Below are positions 51,545 to 61,844 of a stretch of 64,000 bases of DNA, in pieces. Every line of letters begins with the position of its first letter. Within the stretch, counting starts at the first letter, position 1. This DNA comes from an uncultured Ectothiorhodospiraceae bacterium (GTDB lineage Bacteria > Pseudomonadota > Gammaproteobacteria > XJ16 > Halofilaceae), in assembly GCA_964478305.1 (NCBI GenBank), contig CAYZHJ010000003.1:4364-68363 (forward strand). The letters are read 5' to 3'. A program made the position numbers and the translations under genes. Below the pieces are notes generated by a model. It searched no databases, had not been told where the DNA came from, and saw only the letters and a program-made list of their open reading frames with translations.

Positions 51545-51905
51545 GATCACGGACCGTGGCAAGTGGATCGAGGAAATCGGCGGGCACGCGGAGCACGCAA
51601 CCGCACGACGACGTGGCCGCCGGTGGAATGAGGGTCGCAGGAAGAAACCCCCGACGATTGTGGTCGGCTGGGAACAAGTGCCTGTTCACGCAGAGCGGTC
51701 GATGCCGGATGTTCGTGCGGTGCGGGCGACCCTGGCGCGCGACCGCGAGCAATGTACGTTATTGAATCGTGTCACGTGCCCGATTGCAAGGCGGAGCGGT
51801 GGATTCCGCCGGCAATGGCGGTATTTTCTTCGACCGGATGGTCGGCCAGGCAGCAAATTGTCCTGACAAAGCGCCCAGCGCCCAGCGCCAGGTAGAACGG
51901 AGGTT

Positions 51906-52062
51906 GCAGGTCGGACTTCAGTCCCGCGTTGCGTGTGGCGCAGACACGCATATCAGGCGCGAGCGGAGCGAGCACGACTTCCCTGCCGGAAACGGGCAGG
52001 GCGCATCAGGATCCTGTCGAGGCAGTGCCGGCGTTGAGCTGTCGCACTGAAGTGCGACCTAC
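51906..52062. repeat. GTAG-family REP pair of a second class
   Basis: GCAGGTCGGACTTCAGTCCC (51906-51925) and inverted GTAGGTCGCACTTCAGTGCGACA (52040-52062, minus strand). Confidence 0.7.
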
Positions 52063-52121
52063 AACTTTCGCTTTGCCTTGACCATCGAATCGAAGCCGCC
52101 CATCCTTGCGCCGGGCGCCCG

Positions 52122-52370
52122 TCACTTCTGATGTTTCTCCTTCCACTCCGCGTACGGCATCCCGTAGACAATCTCCCGGGCCTGCTCGTAATCCAGCTCG
52201 ACACCGCGTTCCTCGGCGGCCGCGCGGTACCATTTCGACAGGCAGTTGCGGCAGAAGCCGGCCAGGTTCATCAGGTCGATGTTCTGCACGTCGGTACGCT
52301 CTCGCAGGTGGCCGACCAGGCGGCGGTAGGCGGCGGCCTCGATCTCGATACGGGTCTGCTCGTCCATCAT
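52122..52370 (-). CDS. DUF1244 family protein
   Basis: 'EAAAYRRLVGHLRERTDVQNIDLMNLAGFCRNCLSKWY...YGMPYAEWK'. Confidence 0.9.
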   Translation of the reverse strand: MMDEQTRIEIEAAAYRRLVGHLRERTDVQNIDLMNLAGFCRNCLSKWYRAAAEERGVELDYEQAREIVYGMPYAEWKEKHQK

Positions 52371-52453
52371 CTCTCCTGCAATCATTGCCGTGGGGTGGCA
52401 TGTTGACCGCTCCCATTATAGGTTTCGGCCCGTCATCCGCGCAGCGAGTTCCC

Positions 52454-52792
52454 ATGACCCAGATTATCGCCATGCTGCTGCTCGCTGCCCTCGGCTGGTG
52501 GTGGTGGGATTCGATGCAGGCACGCGAGGTCGCGGTTGCCGCCGCGCGGCGCGCCTGCCGGACGTTTTCCACCCAGCTTCTCGATGACAGTGTGGTGTTG
52601 CGCCGCATCCGCCCCCGCCGCGATCCCGGCGGGTCGTTCCGGCTGTTGCGCATGTACACGTTCGAATTCACCCGGGAGGGTGACGAGCGGCACACTGGCT
52701 ATGCCTCGGTACTGGGGCGGCGCGTGCTTGACGTCCATCTCGATGACGTGGACGGCGAGGTGCCGCCGCCGCCCGACCGGACGCTGCATTGA
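52454..52792 (+). CDS. DUF3301 family protein
   Basis: N-terminal TM helix; 'ARRAC...QLLDDSV...YTFEFTREGDERHTG'. Confidence 0.85.
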   Translation: MTQIIAMLLLAALGWWWWDSMQAREVAVAAARRACRTFSTQLLDDSVVLRRIRPRRDPGGSFRLLRMYTFEFTREGDERHTGYASVLGRRVLDVHLDDVDGEVPPPPDRTLH

Positions 52793-52810
52793 AGGCGCCA
52801 TCACGGAGCA

Positions 52811-53314
52811 ATGTCCATGTCTGATTGTCCCTGCGGTTCCGGCAAACCCGTTGCCGCATGCTGTGGCCGCTACATCGACGAGGGCGTCGCGCCGCCGACG
52901 GCCGAGGCACTCATGCGGGCACGCTATACGGCGCACACCCGTGTCGATCTCGACTTCGTGGTGCGAACGCACGATCCCGCCGGCCGTGAGGAGATCGACC
53001 GCGAGGCCACCCGCCGCTGGGCCGAACGCGCGCACTGGCTCGGGCTCGAGATTCTCGATGTGCAGGCGGGCGGCCCGGACGATACGGCCGGCACGGTGGA
53101 ATTCGTGGCCCACTACCGCGAGCGCGGCGAGCGCCGGCGGCATCACGAGGTGGCGCAATTCCGCCGCGGCGAGGACGGCAACTGGCTGTTCGTCGATGGT
53201 CGCGCCCCCGAGCAGACTACCGTGCAGCGACGCGGTCCCCGGGTGGGGCGCAACGATCCTTGTCCCTGCGGCAGCGGTCGCAAGTACAAGAAATGCTGTG
53301 GTGCCTCCGGTTGA
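52811..53314 (+). CDS. YchJ family protein with SEC-C motifs
   Basis: 'CPCGSG...CC', '[12 protein letters not shown]', 'WLFVDG', '[19 protein letters not shown]'. Confidence 0.92.
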   Translation: MSMSDCPCGSGKPVAACCGRYIDEGVAPPTAEALMRARYTAHTRVDLDFVVRTHDPAGREEIDREATRRWAERAHWLGLEILDVQAGGPDDTAGTVEFVAHYRERGERRRHHEVAQFRRGEDGNWLFVDGRAPEQTTVQRRGPRVGRNDPCPCGSGRKYKKCCGASG

Positions 53315-53324
53315 CACAGGTCAA
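53311..53324. promoter_or_regulatory. FNR/Anr-type binding site upstream of the USP gene
   Basis: Palindrome TTGAC-ACAG-GTCAA ending 56 bp before the USP start codon. Confidence 0.6.
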
Positions 53325-53380
53325 GGAGTGTCCGGCCGGGATGACGCATCCTGTCCGGGACATTCAATCGGAGAACCACA

Positions 53381-53863
53381 ATGTTCAAGCAGATCCTGGT
53401 ACCGGTGGACGGTTCCGAACACGCCGAAAGGGCCCTGGCGCTGGCCGCCGACCTGGCTGCGCGTTATGACGCGAAGCTGCACGTGGTCCACGCCCTGCTG
53501 CGGGGCGACGTGCCCGACCATCTCCGCAAGCTGTCGGACAAGAAGGCCGATCCCGAGCCGGGTATCGCCCTCGGCGGCGCCTACGTCGATGCCTCCCTGC
53601 CGTTCGAGGTGCTGGAAGACATCGCCGGGAAGCTGCTCGAGCAGGCCCGCAAGACCGCCGAGAAGCACGGCGCGAAACAGGTGGACACGAGTTCGCACCA
53701 GGGTGATCCCGCCCGGGTCATCCTCGAACAGGCAGACAAGCAGGGCGCGGATCTGGTGGTCATGGGTTCGCGTGGGCTCAGTGACATCAAGGGGCTGGTC
53801 ATCGGCAGCGTGTCGCACAAGGTCGCTCATCTGTTCGAGGGCAGCGTCGTCACCGTCAAGTAG
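53381..53863 (+). CDS. Universal stress protein
   Basis: 'MFKQILVPVDGSEHA', 'ADLVVMGSRGLS...IGSVSHKV'. Confidence 0.95.
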   Translation: MFKQILVPVDGSEHAERALALAADLAARYDAKLHVVHALLRGDVPDHLRKLSDKKADPEPGIALGGAYVDASLPFEVLEDIAGKLLEQARKTAEKHGAKQVDTSSHQGDPARVILEQADKQGADLVVMGSRGLSDIKGLVIGSVSHKVAHLFEGSVVTVK

Positions 53864-53885
53864 GACGGCCTCCGCTCCGGCGCAC

Positions 53886-54662
53886 TCATCGGGCGCCGCC
53901 GCCGTAGACGTCGAATCGCGTCGAGCGGCCCTCGATGGTGCCGCTGGGTGGCGGTCCGGCGAGTGGCTCGGCGCCGCGCGGAAGCTTGACCACCACCCGG
54001 CGGGTGGCTGCCGGCAGTGCGGCCGCGAGCAGTGCGGCGGCATCCGGATCGTCTCCCACCAGCCGGCGCAGGACGCGCATTTCCTTCTTCACCGCTGCCT
54101 CCTTGCGTCGCGGCGGGTGCATCGGATCGACCAGCACGACCGCGGCCCGGGCCGTTGCCAGGACCTCGACGGCATCGGCGACGAGCAGGTGCATCCGCTG
54201 CACGATCGGCCGGGTCCGCTCGTCGTCCAGCGCGCGCGCCAGTCCGTCGCGCAACAGCGCCGCGACCACGGGCTGGCGCTCGATCAGTGTCACCTCGCAG
54301 CCGAGCGCGGCCAGCACGAAGGCATCCCGGCCCAGTCCGGCAGTGGCGTCGATGACATCCGGCGGTGATCCCGCTCGCACACCGGCGGCGCGGGCCAGTG
54401 CCTCGTCGCGCGGCAGCGCATGCCGCCCGCGCCAGCCGGCCCGTCCGCCGACGAAATCGGCGAATACCGGACCGGGCGCATCGGACCCGGACGGCTGCAA
54501 TTCCAGCCGCCGTCCCGTCAACCGCAACACCAGCCAGCCGGCTTCCTCCGGCTCCCTCTCCTGCAACCCGAGCCCGAGCTCATCGGCCAGCGCCACGGCC
54601 TCCGCCGTCCGCCCGGCATCGGTACAGACGAGCACGACCGGGGTGACGGGGGGTTCGTTCAT
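53886..54662 (-). CDS. rsmJ: 16S rRNA m2G1516 methyltransferase (YhiQ)
   Basis: 'VIDATAGLGRDAFVLA', 'DPMHP', 'VKKEM', 'RRVVVKLP', 'RFDVY'. Confidence 0.92.
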   Translation of the reverse strand: MNEPPVTPVVLVCTDAGRTAEAVALADELGLGLQEREPEEAGWLVLRLTGRRLELQPSGSDAPGPVFADFVGGRAGWRGRHALPRDEALARAAGVRAGSPPDVIDATAGLGRDAFVLAALGCEVTLIERQPVVAALLRDGLARALDDERTRPIVQRMHLLVADAVEVLATARAAVVLVDPMHPPRRKEAAVKKEMRVLRRLVGDDPDAAALLAAALPAATRRVVVKLPRGAEPLAGPPPSGTIEGRSTRFDVYGGGAR

Positions 54663-54693
54663 TCGATACCGGCCTTGCGGGCAAGGGAAGAAG

Positions 54694-55070
54694 AGGAACC
54701 ACGAATGAACACGAATACACACGAATGCTGCCGCCTGGTGACGGAAGCCGTGTCGGAGCTGCGCTGACGGCCCATTTTCTGCTGGAACGCAACATGAAGA
54801 ACCACGGATGAACACAGATAAACACAGATGAATGCGAGTGATGCCCACAGACGCGGGGCGTGCTCATAGTTTCCGTGACTGCAACTGAATCGTGTGGGTC
54901 GTTTACCCAACTTCAGTTCGTAACAAGTGTTTTTCTTATCTGTGTCCATCCGTGTTCATCTGTGGTTCCCTTCAAAACTGAACACGAGTACAACCCATCA
55001 GCGCAGCTCCGGCACGCTGCAATTCATGCGCGGCAGCATTCGTGTGTATTCGTGTCCATTCGTGGTTCCT
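54694..55070. repeat. Nested inverted-repeat element D (three layers)
   Basis: Outer arms 54694-54734 / 55030-55070 (40/41); middle 54749-54770 / 54995-55016 (20/22); inner CACAGAT arms 54799-54829 / 54938-54968 (27/31). Confidence 0.9.
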
Positions 55071-55103
55071 GTCCTTGTCTGGAGCCCCGCTGTCGCACCT
55101 CAC

Positions 55104-56069
55104 TCAGGCAACCACGTTGCGCGGCTTGCCCGCGTGCCAGGCGCGGATGTTGGCTGCCACCTGCTCGACCAGGCGCTGGCGGGCCGCCTGCGTGGCCCAG
55201 GCGGTATGCGGGGTGACGATCAGGTTGGGGATGCCGGGTTCGAGCAGGACGTTGCCGTTGCGCGGCGGTTCCCCGGTCAGCACGTCGAAACCGGCACCGG
55301 CGATCTCGCCCGCGCGGAGGGCGTCCGCCAGCGCCGGCTCGTCGACGATGCCGCCGCGGGCGGTGTTGATCAGGAAGGCCGTGGATTTCATTCGCCGCAG
55401 CTCGTCCGCGCCGATCAGGCCGCGGGTTTCGTCGGTGAGGGGGCAATGCAGCGATATCGCGTCGGCCCGTTCGAGCAGCTCGTCGAAGGCGATCCGTCCT
55501 TCCCGCGCCGGTGCGCCACGACGGGCGGCAACGAGGACCTCCATGCCGAGCACGCGGGCAACACCGGCCACGCCCCGGCCCAGCTCGCCATGACCGACGA
55601 TGCCGAGCGTGCGGCCGGCGAGCTCCGTGATCGGCTCGTCCAGCACGCAGAAAAAGGGGTGTGCCGCCCAGCGTCCGTCGCGTGCGGCTGCGTGGTAATG
55701 CTCCAGCCGGGTCGCCAGTGCCAGCAGCAGGGCGAACACGTGCTGTACGACCGCCGGCGTGGCATAGCCGGTGGCGTTGCAGACGGTAACATCATGTGCG
55801 GCCGCGGCCTCGAGATCGATGTTGTTGACGCCGGTGGCGGCGACGCAGATCAGGCGCAATGCGGAAGCGGCACCGATGGTGTCGGCATCGATCGGAACCT
55901 TGTTGCTCACCGCCACCTCGACTCCGGCGAGTCGTTCCGGCACCTGTTCCGGATTCGTGTTGTCGTGCCACGTCCAGTCGCCGGCGGCCTCGCGCAGTGT
56001 CGAGAAATCGAGATCGGGGCCCAGCGAACCGGTATCGAGAAAGCAGGCGCGGGCGGGTCGGGTACTCAT
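55104..56069 (-). CDS. D-2-hydroxyacid dehydrogenase (glycerate dehydrogenase/hydroxypyruvate reductase-like)
   Basis: 'ATGVNNID', 'GHGELG', 'SLHCPLT', 'INTARGGIVDE', 'TPHTAW'. Confidence 0.92.
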   Translation of the reverse strand: MSTRPARACFLDTGSLGPDLDFSTLREAAGDWTWHDNTNPEQVPERLAGVEVAVSNKVPIDADTIGAASALRLICVAATGVNNIDLEAAAAHDVTVCNATGYATPAVVQHVFALLLALATRLEHYHAAARDGRWAAHPFFCVLDEPITELAGRTLGIVGHGELGRGVAGVARVLGMEVLVAARRGAPAREGRIAFDELLERADAISLHCPLTDETRGLIGADELRRMKSTAFLINTARGGIVDEPALADALRAGEIAGAGFDVLTGEPPRNGNVLLEPGIPNLIVTPHTAWATQAARQRLVEQVAANIRAWHAGKPRNVVA

Positions 56070-56082
56070 CGGCTTCCTCCTG

Positions 56083-56562
56083 TCAGCTGATGCCGTGACG
56101 GCGGCGCAGATCGCGCAGGATGATGAATACGGGCGGCCACAACACCAGCGCCAGCAGGGGGGCGAGCATGTACGTCCAGACTTCCTGCGGTGCCCGGTCG
56201 GCCATGCCGCTGGTCCACAGCACGATCACCTGCTTGAAGAACAGCAGGGCGACGATGACCAGTGTCTGCTGGGCCAGGGGAAACAGGCGCAGACGCTGGT
56301 GCAGCCGCAGCCCCACCGCCGCCACCAGTACCAGCCCGAGCGCATGCTGCCCCAGCAATGTGCCCGTGCTGACATCGAGCAGCAGACCGGCGATCCAGGC
56401 GAATACCATGCCGAAGCGCTCGGGCACGGCGATGACCCAGTAGAGCACGACCATCGCCACCCAGTCGGGCCGCAGCGGCTCGGCCGCCTCGGGCAGCGGT
56501 ACCATGCTCAGCATCAGCGCCACCGCCACGGTCACCGGTACCAGCCACCAGCGTCCGTTCAT
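56083..56562 (-). CDS. mreD: Rod shape-determining protein MreD
   Basis: 'RPDWVAMVVLYW', 'GLLLDV...LGQHAL'; follows mreC. Confidence 0.94.
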   Translation of the reverse strand: MNGRWWLVPVTVAVALMLSMVPLPEAAEPLRPDWVAMVVLYWVIAVPERFGMVFAWIAGLLLDVSTGTLLGQHALGLVLVAAVGLRLHQRLRLFPLAQQTLVIVALLFFKQVIVLWTSGMADRAPQEVWTYMLAPLLALVLWPPVFIILRDLRRRHGIS

Positions 56563-57428
56563 GAGGGATCCTCCGGCTGCCCGGTCTCGGGATCCACGCT
56601 CGGCATGTTGTCGTCGGGCCAGACCAGCAGTACCTCGCGCGAGCGGTCGAGCTGGGCCCGGGGCTCGGCGATCACGCGTGCGAAGGGCTGCCCCGGACGG
56701 CGTTCGACCACGACCACGGTCGCCACCGGATAGTTGGGGGGAAAGCGGCCGCCGAGGCCCGATGTCACGACCAGGTCGCCTATGCGCACGTCGGCGCTGT
56801 TGGGTATGTACAGCAGTTCCAGCCTATCCGGTTCGCCGGTGCCGGAGGCGATGGTACGCAGGCCGTTGCGGTTGATCTGTACCGGCAGGGCGTGGTTCGG
56901 ATCGGAGATCAGCAGCGCGGTGGCGGTGAACGGACCCGTGTGGATGATCTGGCCCATCACCCCGTAGGCATCGATCAGCGGCTGGCCCCTATAGACATCG
57001 TCCCGATGGCCCTTGTTGACCACGACCTGCTGCCGGAAGGGATCGAGGTCGACCGCCAGCAGCTCGGCGATCCGCACGCGGTCCTCGCGCTTGGCCGAGG
57101 ACTCGAGCAACTGTCGCAGGCGCCGGTTCTCGGCCTGCAGGGTTTCCAGCTGCTGCTGGCGTGCATGCAGTTCGAGGTTGCTGCGCTCGAGTTCGCGTAC
57201 CCGCGCGAGCAGTTCGCCGCGACTGCTGACCCGATCCGAGGTCCAGCCGAACCAGGTGGCCGGCAGGTCGACCGCATAACGCAATGGCGCGATCGCGCCG
57301 GACAGCACACTGCGTACCGTTTCGAGGTGATGGTGGCGATGGTCGACCACCATCAGGCCGGCCGAGAGAATGACCAGCAGGACCAGCCTCAGCGTGGCAT
57401 CGGTACCGGACTTGAGTGAACGGACCAT
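56559..57428 (-). CDS. mreC: Rod shape-determining protein MreC
   Basis: TM helix, coiled coil 'ENRRLRQLL', 'GDLVVTSGLGGRFPPNYPVA'. Confidence 0.95.
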   Translation of the reverse strand: MVRSLKSGTDATLRLVLLVILSAGLMVVDHRHHHLETVRSVLSGAIAPLRYAVDLPATWFGWTSDRVSSRGELLARVRELERSNLELHARQQQLETLQAENRRLRQLLESSAKREDRVRIAELLAVDLDPFRQQVVVNKGHRDDVYRGQPLIDAYGVMGQIIHTGPFTATALLISDPNHALPVQINRNGLRTIASGTGEPDRLELLYIPNSADVRIGDLVVTSGLGGRFPPNYPVATVVVVERRPGQPFARVIAEPRAQLDRSREVLLVWPDDNMPSVDPETGQPEDPS

Positions 57429-57473
57429 CAGTGCGCCTCCGCGGACGGAGCGCGGCAGGGACATCGCGCGTGG

Positions 57474-58718
<1,245 letters not shown>

Positions 58719-58784
58719 TCACCGCTGGCGCCCCCGCTCCGGAGCGAGGGGGATCCTCTCGTTCGACACCGGCTCAGGGACGAT

Positions 58785-59345
58785 ATGCCCAATCCCGTAC
58801 GGTCACTGCAGGTCAGGCGATTCGAGAAGGCGATCCGGCCGTGGCTGGGGGATCTGCGCCGGCTGGCGATCCGCCTCACCGGCAATGCCGACGATGCCGA
58901 GGATCTGCTGCAGGACCTGCTGCTGCGACTGCAGCCGCGCATGGCGGAAGTGGCCGCACTGGATCAGCCGCGGCCGTGGCTGGCACGCGTGCTGTATCGG
59001 CTGTTCGTCGATCAGTGGCGCCACCGGCGCGCCGGCCCGGAGCGGGATGACGAGGCCGAGCCCGACGATCAGGCAGCGCTGGACGATCTGCCGGATGAGG
59101 ACTTCGAGCGCGGGCTGACCCGCGAGCGTCTGCAGGACGCGCTGGACCGACTGCCGGCATTCCAGCGCGAACTGGTGCTGCTGCACGATGTCGAGGGCTA
59201 CACCCTGAACGAGATCGGCGGCATCACCGGCACGCCGACCGGTACACTCAAGTCGCGCCTGCATCGGGCCCGTGCCGCACTGCGTGCGGGTCTGGAGAGT
59301 CGCCGGACGCCGGATCATGGAACCATTCCGGGCCCGGATGCGTGA
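58785..59345 (+). CDS. ECF RNA polymerase sigma factor
   Basis: 'DAEDLLQD', 'WLARVLYRLFVD', 'LHDVEGYTLNEI...GTLKSRLHRAR'. Alternative start at 58704. Confidence 0.93.
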   Translation: MPNPVRSLQVRRFEKAIRPWLGDLRRLAIRLTGNADDAEDLLQDLLLRLQPRMAEVAALDQPRPWLARVLYRLFVDQWRHRRAGPERDDEAEPDDQAALDDLPDEDFERGLTRERLQDALDRLPAFQRELVLLHDVEGYTLNEIGGITGTPTGTLKSRLHRARAALRAGLESRRTPDHGTIPGPDA

Positions 59346-59346
59346 C
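59319..59346 (+). promoter_or_regulatory. Internal ECF-type promoter upstream of the anti-sigma gene
   Basis: GGAACC-N16-CGTGAC overlapping the sigma gene stop codon. Confidence 0.6.
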
Positions 59347-59366
59347 AGGGGGCAGGAGGCAGCAAC

Positions 59367-60005
59367 ATGAACTGCGAACGATTCCGCTGTAACTGGACCG
59401 ACTGGCACGAGGGCTGGCTGGAGACCGGGGCCGCCGACATGGCCCGGCATCGCGACGGCTGTGCGGATTGTGCCCGCTACGACCGGCAGATGCGCCGTCT
59501 GGTCGAGGAGCTGTCGGAATTGCCGCTGCCGGATCGGGCGGTCACGCCGGCCGGTCCGGTCCTTGCAGCGGCACAACGTGTCGCCGCACCGCGCTGGGTG
59601 GCACTGGCAGCGACGCTGGCGCTGGGGATCGCAATGGGACTCCTGCTCGGGGATCGATCCGGCGGCAGCGAAACGGTTGTCGCCGACCCGGTCGCGGTGC
59701 AGGCGGCCTCTGAACGCCGCATCGCCATCGCGGTCGACAGCCCGCGGGAACTCGACCGGGTCGAATTCGTGGTCGAGTTGCCCGACGGCGTTGAACTGTC
59801 CGGCTTCCCGGGCCAGCGCAGCGTTCGCTGGGAGGGCCGATTGCCCGAGGGACGCAGCCGATTGCAGCTGCCACTGCGGATCGCGCCCGACAGCAATGGC
59901 GGCCGGCTGGTGACCCGCATCCTGCGGCCGGATGGAGAGCGGCGACTGGTGGTCCCGCTCGAGGCCGGAGTCGGTTCGGTGGCACTTGAAACCGCCCCTG
60001 TCTGA
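59367..60005 (+). CDS. Zinc-finger (HxxxCxxC) transmembrane anti-sigma factor
   Basis: 'HRDGCADC', one TM helix, periplasmic beta-rich domain; directly after the ECF gene. Confidence 0.85.
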   Translation: MNCERFRCNWTDWHEGWLETGAADMARHRDGCADCARYDRQMRRLVEELSELPLPDRAVTPAGPVLAAAQRVAAPRWVALAATLALGIAMGLLLGDRSGGSETVVADPVAVQAASERRIAIAVDSPRELDRVEFVVELPDGVELSGFPGQRSVRWEGRLPEGRSRLQLPLRIAPDSNGGRLVTRILRPDGERRLVVPLEAGVGSVALETAPV

Positions 60006-60036
60006 TGCCGGGCATTCGATTGCCGGGAGGCATGTC

Positions 60037-60417
60037 ATGATGAACAATCGGGTGAAATGCGGCATCGGCGGTCTGCTGCTGTGCCTGCTCGCGGTACCCG
60101 CCTGGGCCGATGATGACGACACCACGCTCGACGACGTCACCATGGAGGTCGTGGAAGATCCCGATGCCGACGAGTACGAATACGTCGACGAGATCCTGCT
60201 GCCGGCCGACGCCGCGCCAGCGGCACGGGAGAATGCCGCCTTCGGCAGGGAAGCCGAGAACGAGGCACGGCGGCGTGCGCAGGAGGACGGAAGGGCATTC
60301 GGCCAGGATACCGCGCGCGAGGCGCGCGAACTGGGCCGGGATGCCGGCAACGCGGCCAAGTCGAAAGACGGCGTCGGCGGCGGGCCGCCGCAGGATCTGC
60401 CGGTCGAGGTACCGTAG
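60037..60417 (+). CDS. Small exported acidic protein
   Basis: RBS GGAGG; signal peptide ending AWA; internal 'AFG-x5-EAR' repeat. Confidence 0.75.
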   Translation: MMNNRVKCGIGGLLLCLLAVPAWADDDDTTLDDVTMEVVEDPDADEYEYVDEILLPADAAPAARENAAFGREAENEARRRAQEDGRAFGQDTAREARELGRDAGNAAKSKDGVGGGPPQDLPVEVP

Positions 60418-60424
60418 CGAAGCG

Positions 60425-61714
60425 GTGGCACCGATCCGGCGGGTCACGCGGGCGACCATTCTGGGGATGGTCGCCCTTTTTCTGCATGCAGTGCCGGTGG
60501 CCGCACAGGATCCGGAGGCCTCGTTCCGCGAGGGCGTGGCCGCGGTGCGGGCCGGAGAGCCCGTGCGCGCCATCGAGCATTTCGAGGCCGCCCGCGCCGC
60601 CGGGCTCGACACCGGGGCGCTGCATTTCAATCTGGGCGTGGCGTATTACCGCGCGGGCAGGATCGATGACGCCGAATCGTCATTCCGCCGGGCGGCGGAC
60701 AGCGGGACCATGGTCGCGCCGGCGTTCCATCAGCTCGGCCGGATTGCGCGCGAGCAGGGCGAGATCGCCCGTGCCCGGGACCATTTCCGGCGCGCGCTGG
60801 ATGCGGCGCAGACCGATGCGCTGCGCCGGCGTGCCCGTTCCGCGCTGGCCGGACTGGCCCCTGCGCGTCTCCCCGATTTCGTCTATCTGTCCATCGGCGG
60901 CGGGCATGATTCGAATCTCGCACTGACACCGAGCGATGCCAGCGGGGTCAGCGAGGAATCCGATGCCTTCATCGATGCCCTGCTGGTGGCCCGCTGGCCG
61001 ATCGGCGAGCGCGATTACCTGCGCGGCAGCATCTACCTGCAGGAGTTCGTCGACGAGGACGATTTCAGCCTGACCAGCCTGCGCGGCGGTATCGGCCGGC
61101 GCGAGCGGCTCGCCAGCGGCTGGCGCCGGGACATCTGGATCGACGGTCGTCACCGTGAATTCGGCGGCCGGGCGTTCGACAACAGCCTGCTCGCGGGTGC
61201 CGAATGGCGGCGCCCGCTGAACGCCGACTGGTCGCTGGCGCTCGACTATCGCCTGGAACTGACCGGCGGTGCGGGCCGATTCGACTTTCTCGACGGCACC
61301 GGTCATCGACTCGCGGCCACCCTCGATGAACGGGGGCGCGGGGGCTGGCGGCTGCGTACATGGCTTGCAACGAACGACCGCGACGACCGCGAGACCGCCG
61401 ACGATTTCTTCAGTTTCTCCTGGACCGGGGCCGGATTCGAGGTCGGCCACGGCCGGGACCTCGACGATCGCCACCGCCTCGATCTGCGGGCCGACGGGAG
61501 CCGGCGCGATTACGACGGCACCGAAGTGCGTGACGGTGCCCGTCCCGGTACGCGCGAGGACGACCTGTACGGACTCGAGGCGGCGATCGAGCGCCGCCTG
61601 GAGCACGACTGGACGGGTCGTCTTTCCTTGCGCGTCGAGCGGCGCGACTCTTCCCTGCCCGAATTCGATTACGATCGCGAAGTCATCCGCCTCGTGGCCG
61701 AACGGATCTTCTGA
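60425..61714 (+). CDS. TPR plus outer-membrane beta-barrel protein (Slam/DUF560-like)
   Basis: Signal peptide; TPR 'LHFNLGVAYYRAG'; barrel start 'GGGHDSNL'; amphipathic strands; terminal Phe ('ERIF'). Start uncertain. Confidence 0.75.
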   Translation: MAPIRRVTRATILGMVALFLHAVPVAAQDPEASFREGVAAVRAGEPVRAIEHFEAARAAGLDTGALHFNLGVAYYRAGRIDDAESSFRRAADSGTMVAPAFHQLGRIAREQGEIARARDHFRRALDAAQTDALRRRARSALAGLAPARLPDFVYLSIGGGHDSNLALTPSDASGVSEESDAFIDALLVARWPIGERDYLRGSIYLQEFVDEDDFSLTSLRGGIGRRERLASGWRRDIWIDGRHREFGGRAFDNSLLAGAEWRRPLNADWSLALDYRLELTGGAGRFDFLDGTGHRLAATLDERGRGGWRLRTWLATNDRDDRETADDFFSFSWTGAGFEVGHGRDLDDRHRLDLRADGSRRDYDGTEVRDGARPGTREDDLYGLEAAIERRLEHDWTGRLSLRVERRDSSLPEFDYDREVIRLVAERIF

Positions 61715-61757
61715 ACCTCTCCCCGCAGGGCGGATTCCCGTTCCGAACCACCCGGAT

Positions 61758-61785
61758 GGAACCCTTTTCCGTCGATGCGCGTGTA
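61758..61785 (+). promoter_or_regulatory. ECF-type promoter upstream of the DUF4382 lipoprotein
   Basis: GGAACC-N16-CGTGTA, with the same hexamers as the site at 58655. Confidence 0.7.
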
Positions 61786-61844
61786 CAGGGAACGTGGCCG
61801 TGATACGGCCATTCATCCGACTACACGATCAGGGAGTGGCTTTC

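Noticed and set aside
51762..51775. Possible FNR/CRP site upstream of sucA (TTGAATCGTGTCAC)
   Set aside because: Three mismatches to the FNR consensus; too weak to call.
54662..54848. 62-aa N-terminal extension of RsmJ (and the 28-aa extension of the CPBP ORF from 10097)
   Set aside because: These extensions are just translations of the repeat arms ('FVCIRVHSW', 'TLRTLRSLR'); the downstream ATGs give normal-sized proteins.
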